A DNA stretch of 41,941 bases. Source: Sporopachydermia quercuum (Eukaryota). Under the pieces are notes generated by a model that was not told where the DNA came from, made no database searches, and worked only from the letters and a program-made list of their open reading frames with translations. The translations under genes and the position numbers were made by a program. Location of the stretch: the NCBI GenBank assembly GCA_001599295.1, contig BCGN01000004.1:1861676-1903616 (forward strand), written 5' to 3'. This document shows, one piece after another, positions 32,774 to 41,941 of the stretch (its first letter is position 1; each line of letters begins with the position of its first letter).

Positions 32774-33819
32774 TGGTAGAGCTAGTCCAAAAACCATGGC
32801 ATTATATGCGTTTCGTATATGATGGCGTCTGTCTTCTTGTTTCAGAGCAGTAATATCGATATTGCACTCCATATTGTTGAAATGACACATAGTTGCATTG
32901 GTATAAAGGGCACAGGTTGTTGGAAGTCTAAACTATGAGGAAAAGTGAAAAGCATTAATGCTAGATGAGAACAAACATAGTCCAAGGAAGCTCACTAATT
33001 AACATTTCAAGGAAGATACAGGACTAATCGACACGATATCCATAATGTCTCAAATGGCATCAGCTTTCTTGTCTTGGACATCAATTTCAGTCCAGGCAGT
33101 GAGTCAATTCGATGGGTATGTAATTGAGATTCTTGACTCAATTCAACTCAATAGTACTCTGCCAAGCACAATTTTGGAAAAGAGCAAACTTTATTTGCCC
33201 TACTTCGTTTATTTTCAAGTTTTGTTTTCACCTTTATGTAATGAGACACTATTTCTTTACTNGTTCAATTGTAAATGAAAGTGATGTGCTATCTTTAAAA
33301 CATTCATTTATTAATTTCTGTTAGAATCCAATTTCAAATTCCAAATAAACTATTTGACATGCACTTTACAAACGGCATAGTTTATAATTGTTTTTACTCA
33401 GATAGTGTTTTCTAGATTCTTGCATAACTATTGTATGATCTTAGTTGAATTCAACACAACATGCCAGATAGTTAAAGACCGAGTTACTAGCTAGAAATTG
33501 GATCTACAAGCTGATACGGTATAATAATGATTTTCATCCAATAAGCTCAAAGCTCAATTATTCAATAGCAAATATACATCATAACTGAAAGGGTATCCAA
33601 AATGAACCGAAATACCTAGATTTATTTGTGCTGCTGCCAATAAAAGTAGCCCTGATGGTAAGAACCAACCTCCAACAGGTTTTCATACATACAGATGAAA
33701 TAGTAATCGATAGGGAAAATAAATGCATAGTATACAAGAGTCTTGAAGTAATCGCCGAAAAGCTTAAGGTTAAGGAATCTTTGTTTTTCCCAATTAGTCA
33801 CTGTGCTCTTAGAGCATTC

Positions 33820-34023
33820 AAAATCATTTACATCATGCCTCACAATCATAACAAATTAGACATTATGCCAACGCAGACTTGGGTCTCAGGGATTGAGTTT
33901 GAGGTAAGGAAAGATGTAAATCAGAGAATTTTGCCGGAAAGAGAACTTTCACCTATTATCAATCCTATGACAGATTTTCCTGAGATGAGAGGAAGTGGGA
34001 AAGGGTGCTGGAGAACGCACGGA
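33820..34023 (+). pseudogene. Fragment of a second GT25 paralog, truncated at the junction with the SNT2 block
   Basis: KIIYIMPHNHNKLDIMPTQTWVSGIEFEVRKDV...KGCWRTHG aligns to KIIYIHLPQNLNKLDIMTMQSSASGIEFEVREGV...KACWRAHA of the upstream gene, then similarity stops abruptly. Confidence 0.85.
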
Positions 34024-36675
34024 GAGAGACAATAATAAGCAACTGGCATGTGATTTCCTCAGAAGAAATCGGAAGAGATCCCGAAGGAATCCCGCTTCCA
34101 TGGTATCAAGAAGTGCCTCGCCGATACGTTGAAAGAGGCGGCGAAGACACTGTGAGTTTGAGATGGAAACCAGCTGGAAGTTCCGAGATTATTTCCGATG
34201 TTGAGATAGCGGCATACTTAACGAAGGCCGGGATTTAAAATGAGAAATTGCTACTCCGGCCGGTTACCCCAAATTTTACAGATGCTTGTCTCCAAACCTT
34301 ACTGAACTGTAACTATAGTGTGTCAAAAGCATTGAAAATTGTTCCCACTTTCACCCGGCAAACCTTGAAAGAGCCGACTTTCTCCAATGCCGAAATCGGC
34401 CGCTTTGAAGAAGGAGTTTGTATGTATGGATCGGAACTGCATCCGGTTTATCAGCATGTGAAAACGCAGCCAAGTGCTATGATTGTCCGGTTTTACTACT
34501 TATGGAAGAAAACACCTTCCGGACACGCAATTTGAGACAATTTCGAAGGCCGGAAACATATGTGGAAGCCATAAGATGCTGGCAGTGGAACGGGAAGTGG
34601 CACTGCAGCCGGAAAACATATCGGCACCGAGATTGAAGACGGAAATTATGTGGACACTGTGGCCTCGTCAGAAGATGATTCGGGATACGATGTCCGAAAA
34701 GCTCGGATGCAGAAAAGAACGGTCAAATGTAAATTTTGTCGAACCACAAACTCAATTGTATGGAAACGAGCTCCTGGTCATGCTGTAGCTGAAGCCGGAA
34801 TGGAAGAAATAACGGCACTTTGCTTCCGATGCGCTCGGCTATGGAGATTATATGCTGTGTTTTGGGAGGAGCCACTGGAAGTACTTCGGAAGTTGAGCCA
34901 ACGAGGAGGAGGAGGATGGAAACGTCGAATGGAAGACGAGTTGATTTCGGATGCGGAGAAAATAATGGAAGGTCGGAACTCTGGTGTTGAAGGTACATCC
35001 CCTATTGCTAATTATAGTTATGACGAGTGTTTCGGTAACGGCCGAATTCAACGGAAAAGGTTACGGAAAAAGCGGAAGTTATCTGCCAAGTCTAAAAATG
35101 GTACAAATGGAATTCCGGAAAAAATCACAAACACATCGAAACCTGAAAAGATGCCGAAATCTCGGAATAAATCCACAATTTCTACTACTGTGAAACTCAA
35201 TGAAGCTGAAAAACGAAAACAAAAAGGACCGCAACCAGAGAGAACCTTAAATGCAACACTAATTCCGCGAAAACGCATCAAAATGGAAAAGTTAAAACAT
35301 CCCAATAGGGAAAACACTCAACCTAATTTTGGATCCGGTATTATTTCCGATATTACATCTCCAAAATCGGAAATCGTAGCCAACTCCGAGCTCAAACAGC
35401 AAAAAAAAGCGGCAAAAGCGATCTCTAGATGCTTCCGCGGTGGCTCCAGCCACGACTATTGCTGCTGCTGCGGCTGCTGCTGCCGTTGCCGCTTCCGGTG
35501 GTCGTCCGAAACATTCAAACGTCTCGGCTTCTCGGATCTTGCAATTAGAACAAGCTTCCGATATCTTTTCTTCCTGTCAGGACGTCGGGATACCTTTCAA
35601 AACTCCGTTCAGTACTAATGCCCGTGTTTGTTGCGTTTGCCATAGTCTGGCGCCTTCGCACAATATGGCTATATGTTGTTCATGTGGACTTAATGTCCAT
35701 AAGACATGGTACGGCATACCAGAGTTGGGAACAAATCTCGGGTCGGCTAGATGGCTCTGTGACGTTTGTAGTAATGACTCAAATCCAGGAGTCTCTACTA
35801 TTTATGATTGTGTGCTATGTCCAGTAAGAGAAACGGATCATGATGCTGCAATCCCAGGACTCGATTCTGCTGAGCCGGACGCTTTGAAACGGACTGTCAA
35901 TAACTGGTCACACGTGATGTGTTCTGTATTTCTAGGTAAGTGTAAATTCGGAGACGTTGTTCATCGGCAGCCAGTGGAAGGTATATCCGAGATTCCCATC
36001 TCAGCTTTAGAAACCACCTGCACTATCTGTCGGACAAATAATGGAGCTTGTACGCGATGTCGTCTTTGTGACATACCCATTCATGTTGGATGTGCATTTC
36101 GGAAACGATTCTTCTTTGGGTTTGAGATGAAGTCTCCGGAATTAGCAAATTCAGTTGAGAATAGTGGAAATAATGAAATAATAAAGTTTGGGCCAAATGC
36201 AAAAGGAATACCTAGACCAGTGATTGTGTGTGCTCGGCACGACGTTTTAAAACTTCCATTCTACTCCATAGCAGATAAAGTCATCGATTCGGAAGAAAAC
36301 GTATTGGATTTGTTCTGCTCGAAGTATAAGATGGCAAAGCCGGAGAACACAGGATTTATGTAAGGATACGAAGAATATCAACGGCTAAGAAGGAATATTT
36401 TGGAATCGGAGAAACTGAATTCCAGAAATCACGGCGGAAACTGCGAAAATCGCGGATTGAAAAAAGAGAAAATGGCTGGGGGAAAAATTGATCTGTTAGG
36501 GATAAAACCGGAGATTATAGCGGAAAAGGTGTTAAGACACATGGAAGCAGGAAATGAGGAAACGGCAACGGGAAATATACCGGAGCCCATTTTGGAAAAA
36601 GCTTCGGAAGAAAATTTACTGGAAATTGCAGTTGAAATGGAACCACAAATGGAGAAATCAATTCAGATTGGCTAA
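34024..36675 (+). pseudogene. SNT2: SNT2 (Lid2-complex component / PHD E3 ligase) pseudogene, 5'-truncated
   Basis: ELM2-like PWYQE.P..YVERG, SANT (FEEGV..YGSEL..V....IVRFYYLWKKT), DDSGYD, CKFC..WKRAP..ALCFRCARLWRLYAVFWE, PHD and extended PHD (CVLCP, ALKRT..NWSHVMC, HVGCA). In-frame stops at 34236, 34533 (TGA at a conserved Trp), 34572 and 36361, and a frameshift near the A8 run at 35401. BAH and first PHD domains are absent. Confidence 0.85.
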
Positions 36676-36982
36676 CCAGAACGGCAATGAACCTGGGAAA
36701 CGGAATAACATGATGGAAGAAATACTCTGAAAACTTCGATTATCCCTCAAATTCAAGAAGTGCTAGCATCTACACATTTTAAACTTTCTTGTTCTGCATA
36801 TAGATATACTAAATAAATAGTTAAAACTTCCTACGTAAAGTGGCGACTTTATACTTCACCCCCATTTGATACATCTTGCACAATCGTACCTGTGGACCGA
36901 AATTAGTACACTACGATGTATTAGCACTGCGTCTTCTGTAAATACCTTTAATATCTTATCAAAACATAAAAGCACTGTTCCT

Positions 36983-37941
36983 TCAGTGGCCCCGCAGTAA
37001 CCCCTCGATCCGAGAAATCTCTTCCAATGACGTTGCCGCATCTAACTCTTTCAACAATTGTTCCTTCTCCTTTTCGGAGAGATTCCGTGCCGAGACTTCG
37101 GAACCTGGTCCCGCTCCCGAGACTGTGGCATATTTACCAGCGTCAAACCGACTATACTTCACTCCTAACAGTTCTGCGGCAGCCGGGGTAGGTTCCGTTG
37201 TCGTTCCAAACAGTTCAAAAGCTTGCTTCCGTTCGGAATCAGAAACCCGATCAAAATCTAAAAACCTCAAACATGGTATAAGCCGCACGACCCATAATCG
37301 GTAATTTTCTTTATATGTTACAGGATTGTTTACCAAAGATAGAAAAGCAAGCGAACCGGATGTACGCATTTTCGGTAAAGCTTCTGATATTTCAGAAAAA
37401 TCGATTGTCGGCTCATCGGTGTCCGGCTGAGTTTCGGTATTAATACTGCTGAAGCTTCGAAGTGGATTCAAATCCCATAGATTCTCTATTCCGTTATTTG
37501 CCAAAACAAGCATGGTCAGATTAGGCAATGATTTTCTATTGAAAGACTTTTCTTCTATTGATTGTATCTGGTTTCGGGATAGTAGCAGAGTTCGTAGTTT
37601 TACCAGTTTAGGAAAGTTGCCTAAAATTCGGATGTTGTTATCGGATAAATCAATGGCCTCATTTATATCCTAATTAGGCAAGTTAGTAGCCAGAACAGAA
37701 ATAAACAGAGGTGTATAGAGATGAATGATTGATACTTAATACTTACTCGGCTAACGCCCAGATTTTCAATTTGGGGAATTTTTCGTCCTAGTGAGAGAGT
37801 TAAGGTTAGATCAAATTTCCTAAATCCGATTGTTAACATCATCCGAGTTCTAGAATACTCACCTCGAAGATCAATTTCCCGTTCTTCATTTGCATTCAAA
37901 TACGTTGGAGCATATTGTATAACGTCGGCTGTGAGTCTCAT
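36983..37941 (-). CDS. LEA1: U2 snRNP protein A' (Lea1), 3 exons, 268 aa, reading frame intact
   Basis: Exons 37941-37863, 37787-37747 and 37669-36983; introns GTGAGT..TAG and GTAAGT..TACTAAC..TAG. Spliced protein reads MRLTADVI..ERE IDLRGRKIPQIENLGV..IDLSDNNIRILGNFP.L..LRTLLLSRNQI..NPV....YRLWV...LRFLDF.RV..ER..ATSLEEISRIE. Confidence 0.93.
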
Positions 37942-39543
37942 TGTATAACACTTCGGCTTTTCCTCAGTTGTTAAGTTTACTTTTTTGGATAAGTTTCTAA
38001 GTTTTAGAGCAAATAAATCAGAATTGGTATTAGTTTTTAGTCCGAAGATCAGTCGAATTTTGAAAGCTTCCAATAACGTCCAACGCCCAATGTCTAATGC
38101 CCAATGTGGTTCGTGCATTGTGCATTGTGTTTCTGTCATCATACAACACAAAGCGCAAAGACTGAAAATTAAGCATCATGAAAGAGAAGGTACTTCCCAA
38201 TAGAAATTAGAAGTTTCAATATTTCGGAAAACATATTCGACTTATAGTTTCCGGAATTGTAACCTTATTATTCTCATATGTCCAGTTTGCCTTAGCATTG
38301 ATTGTCATTGTTATTTTTCTTACATTTCGTACCCACAGTTATCTGATCTGGAATACCGAAAGAAAGAAACTACCAAGCTAATTTCAGCTCATTTATTCAA
38401 AACAAAATGATTTTATTTTATTATCTGCTAAATCAGTCACATACCTGTTGACAAATATAATTGATATACAGAAGTTCGTGTATTTGGAAAGGTGTTGAGT
38501 ATCGTATCACAAGCTACTTAGGTCCCTTGCTTTTACTCAAAGTCTATCTGGTAAGAACTTTAATGTGAAACACGTGGCTTGTAATACAACTATGTAGCAA
38601 TGGTAGACATTTAGGTTGGGTTCTCGTAAGAAGAAACTAAACCAACTGCAAAGTTTATTTTACTGAGTACAAAAGGCTGTTGTATCAGTTGGTTAATATT
38701 GAATGTATGGTGATAACACTTAGATCTAATGTGAAAATAACTAGTTGATTGTTGGTCCCTCTGTATTTTGTAGATATATCATATGACAAATATGTGATAT
38801 TAACATAAGCTAACTTACAGGTGAACCTTGATTAAGTGAAAGTAATAGCGATTTTGGAATAATTAAGACGAAGATTGACGGACTAGCATTTGACTACTTA
38901 AACCATACTACATTAACTACTGAAATGATCTTGGAAAGTGTATTTATTCGAATTGAATTAGCGAGAAGATTAATATGGGAAGTAGTCGTGCAAAGAGAAG
39001 GACAAAGAGCTCATGATCATGTGACTACGTTGAGAAATATATATACGCTTTGATAGTATGCCAACTTGCAATTCGGCCAAGGATACCCTATGATAATATG
39101 AACAAATACTATTATTTACAGAAGTAAAGTATAGTATTTACCATTGCTTCTGCAATTTTCTATTATTTGGTGCTACAAAACTAAAAACGTGCTATTTACA
39201 TTTTAGTATTATGAATTATTAAGTTCTGATCACTTGAAACAGCGTTCGTAATTTTAGGTAGTAGATTACTTTCTTCTTCCACTGTTTCAGCTATTGGGTT
39301 CCAAACGCAATGCAGTAATGTGATGAGCTTTCACTCGAACATGAGATTTTAGACTTTCATTCCCTTAAGATATAAAAGTTCTTTCTTTCTCAATAATTCT
39401 TATATCTAAGGTGAATAGTCAAAAGTTAGACTATTGATTATTAGAAGTTTCTTAGATTTCTACTTTTCATTCAACCTCTATATTTTTCTCACAACTATCT
39501 ACCATTTTGAGCTTTTTTATCTGTAATTTGGAAGTTAAATAGA

Positions 39544-40680
39544 ATGATTTTGAAGTCGAAATTCGCTCGCATCATTATTGCTGCGTGTGTCACACTGATC
39601 ATCATAATATTGGAAGAAACTACTTTACAGCTTATCACAGGTAAAGCAGTTGAGTATAAATCATTTTCTTACTTCGATATTACCGGAGTAAACAGTAATG
39701 ACTATGCGAATAGTGAATGTATTCCCAATGATCTTCATATAGTTTATGTTCTAATCAAGGATCCTACAGAAGATCTTGTACTGCATTTCAAACACTTTCT
39801 ATCTGTCTATTCTGCTTACTATTTTTGGAAACCTCGTACTATTTACTTCCACACTAATATGCCAGATGGAAATCTCGAAAGGGCACTCAATGGTGAAATG
39901 GGGAAGTGGACTAAAAGTATATTAAAACTTCCAGGAGTGAAAGTAAACTACGTCGAGGCAGTTAAAACAACAAATACAGGGACTGAAATTTTGGGACCAG
40001 AACATGTTTCGGACTTTATCAGAGTGGCTGTGGTTAAAGAATTGGGAGGAATTTACATAGATTTGGACGCTTTTGCTCTTAGAGATATCAAAGATTATAG
40101 GTGTAGTGGTTTCAAAACAGTGTGTGGCAGAGAACCCGAAGGGTCCATCAATAGTGGTGTCTTCTTTTCTGTCAAAAATTCTGAGGCTTTGACCCTTTGG
40201 AAAGAAGAAATGTACAGAGTATATGATGGTGAATGGACTACTCACAGCAATCAGGCTTTCAAAAGAGTAGTTGAAAGATTGTCAAAGGAACAGAATGAAG
40301 TTTTAATAATGCAGGAGGCAACTTTTGCACCTGTCAGCTGGCAACATGATTCACAAGTAAGATTATTCGAAGTTCATGAGGATGTTATTAATAATCTAGA
40401 GCTTATTGATATTGAAAAGAAAGACCTTCCTGAATATATAGAAGAGTTTGATGGTAGTTGGAGCAACTCCAATGACGTTCCCTCGTGGGACGTTGACTTT
40501 TCACAGGTTGCAATATTACATTCTTTCGAATCAGGACCAGAGGGAATTCCGGGGTTTAAGGAAATATCCCCTTCATATATATTGGCAAGACAGAGTGTCT
40601 TTGCAAGAGCCCTATACCTTGTCGTCCGAGATATGGTTATAAATGATTGGATATCAACCACAGATATAGAGGAACCATAA
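39544..40680 (+). CDS. Glycosyltransferase family 32 (DXD sugar-binding) type II membrane protein
   Basis: N-terminal TM helix, IPN..HIVY, FLSVYSA..FWKP..IYFHT, EHVSDFIRV....ELGGIYIDLD, INSGVF and W..HS motifs. Confidence 0.85.
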   Translation: MILKSKFARIIIAACVTLIIIILEETTLQLITGKAVEYKSFSYFDITGVNSNDYANSECIPNDLHIVYVLIKDPTEDLVLHFKHFLSVYSAYYFWKPRTIYFHTNMPDGNLERALNGEMGKWTKSILKLPGVKVNYVEAVKTTNTGTEILGPEHVSDFIRVAVVKELGGIYIDLDAFALRDIKDYRCSGFKTVCGREPEGSINSGVFFSVKNSEALTLWKEEMYRVYDGEWTTHSNQAFKRVVERLSKEQNEVLIMQEATFAPVSWQHDSQVRLFEVHEDVINNLELIDIEKKDLPEYIEEFDGSWSNSNDVPSWDVDFSQVAILHSFESGPEGIPGFKEISPSYILARQSVFARALYLVVRDMVINDWISTTDIEEP

Positions 40681-41889
40681 AAGTGAGCGGGCAGCGGAAT
40701 ACTCTTAAAGATAGAGTATTGTCTGGGAGATATTGTGAAAGAGAAATTCATAAAGAGTTCCAAGACAGAGATAAGGAATTATTTTGATATTCATGAGCAC
40801 CAGATTGATTGGTTATCTTTCTTTTTTTCTCTTATCTATCAGCCAGGTGATCTAAATGAATAACCATTGAATGGATTAAGTAAGCAATTTTATACAAAAG
40901 CATAATTTTACCATGGTATTATGTAAACAAAAAGATTGAAAACTATTTGGCTAAGCATCAATTAACTTTTAACCATTTCGTTGATGATGATTTCTTCTGA
41001 TTGGAAAACGCCTAACAATTGTGATTACCTGATTTAGCTCAAAGCTTTGTAGGAGCAACTGACAATTACAGAATAAAGTTTATTCTCATTTTTCAGTTGC
41101 TTTTTCCTCTGCCAAGACCAGTCATACTTCGCATCTGGGAATACAGTTTCCTGTTTTTTATGTTTATCTCTGGTATATTATACAACTAAGAAAATGTATA
41201 TAGCACGTCTGCAAAATTATAAATTAATGTGCATGGGCTATAGGTAGACTTTTCCGACGAATGTAGCTGAAGGTAAAATCGCCACCCGCGATCAGTAGTC
41301 TGAAGACAGCATTTTCAATTGATAGATAGAAGTTAGAGCAGTATTTTTTTCTCTTTACGAGAAGACTTGTCATTCAATAAGCTCTATATAATATTTCAGA
41401 ATAATGCAGCTTTAATTCAATTAATTAGAGGAGATTTAAGGTTTCGCTTAGTTTCATCATACTAAACTGTAAATTAGTGTATCGGTATGGGAAACTGTAC
41501 CATTTGTAATAAAGTTTCTATCTCGAACTTTATTAACAATATTTTAAGTTCATATTTGTGCAGGATAAACAGGAAGCTACATGAAGTTACATTTAATTAG
41601 GATTATGTGATCAGTTATTAATCACAATATTAGGTTAAGGTTGAACCTACGTGCATGAAAGTTGTAGAGTCTATCTGATAATAACAAAGATATGGTTGCT
41701 ATGATACAACAAGAAAGAAGATAATAACACGAAAGTAGTATCTCTGGCCAGAGATATTTCATAGTATCCTATAGATTATGATAGCACAAAGAAGAAAATA
41801 TCTAAATAGGAGGCAATAGCTGTAAAGCGAATGGAAAGCACTCCTCTTCATTTTATATAGCTAGAAAAGACCAATATAGAAAATAAGGC

Positions 41890-41941
41890 TTGGGAGGTAG
41901 TTGGGAGGTAGTTGGGAGGTAGTTGGGAGGTAGTTGGGAGG
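41890..41941 (+). repeat. Terminal telomeric repeat array (TTGGGAGGTAG)n, 11-bp unit
   Basis: Four perfect copies plus TTGGGAGG run to the last base. The G-rich strand is oriented 5'->3' toward the end, after typical subtelomeric gene content. Confidence 0.85.

Noticed and set aside
35455..35500. Poly-Cys tract in the 322-aa ORF
   Set aside because: Out-of-frame reading of a GCT/GCC poly-Ala run after the frameshift.
34005..36675. Five separate genes, or stop-codon readthrough/recoding of SNT2
   Set aside because: The fragments are collinear parts of one SNT2. Mixed TAA/TGA stops, a frameshift and 5' truncation indicate decay, and other genes in the window end in TAA, TGA and TAG normally.
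37663..38151. 162-aa ORF with long N-terminal extension
   Set aside because: It reads through the in-frame LEA1 intron 1 and into intron 2; the real start is ATG 37941.
3107..40763. Many short antisense or overlapping ORFs inside the long genes
   Set aside because: Shadow ORFs of real coding sequences with no independent motifs.
41890..41941. CRISPR array or ordinary minisatellite
   Set aside because: No spacers and a eukaryotic context; the terminal position and G-strand orientation fit a telomere better.

Overview
Right-hand end of a chromosome from an AT-rich, intron-containing budding yeast (Saccharomycotina-like). It uses the standard code, since CTG falls at conserved Leu positions. 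In order: (1) a core block with a multi-exon RUP1-like gene, RMT2 and tRNA-Glu(TTC), followed by a degenerate LTR-like tandem repeat. (2) A 22-kb seven-gene accessory block arranged as two back-to-back catabolic modules. Module A is Zn2Cys6 TF / divergent 5-oxoprolinase paralog / Fap2-like (saccharopine-oxidase-like) flavoenzyme / DAL5-family MFS permease. Module B is HNM1/GABA-type APC permease / PhyH-family Fe-2OG dioxygenase / Zn2Cys6 TF. (3) A gene-free stretch with telomere-like and TCACATG motifs. (4) A rearranged subtelomere with a GT25 glycosyltransferase, a GT25 fragment joined to a CpG-rich block holding an SNT2 pseudogene and an intact LEA1, and a GT32 glycosyltransferase. (5) Terminal (TTGGGAGGTAG)n telomere-like repeats. 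The best candidate for an undescribed system is module A, a possible pathway for N-substituted pyroglutamate lactams such as pyrosaccharopine. A 738-bp element with perfect 29-bp TIRs and a 6-bp target duplication sits in the oxoprolinase upstream region. All family calls come from motif recognition by eye; no searches were run.
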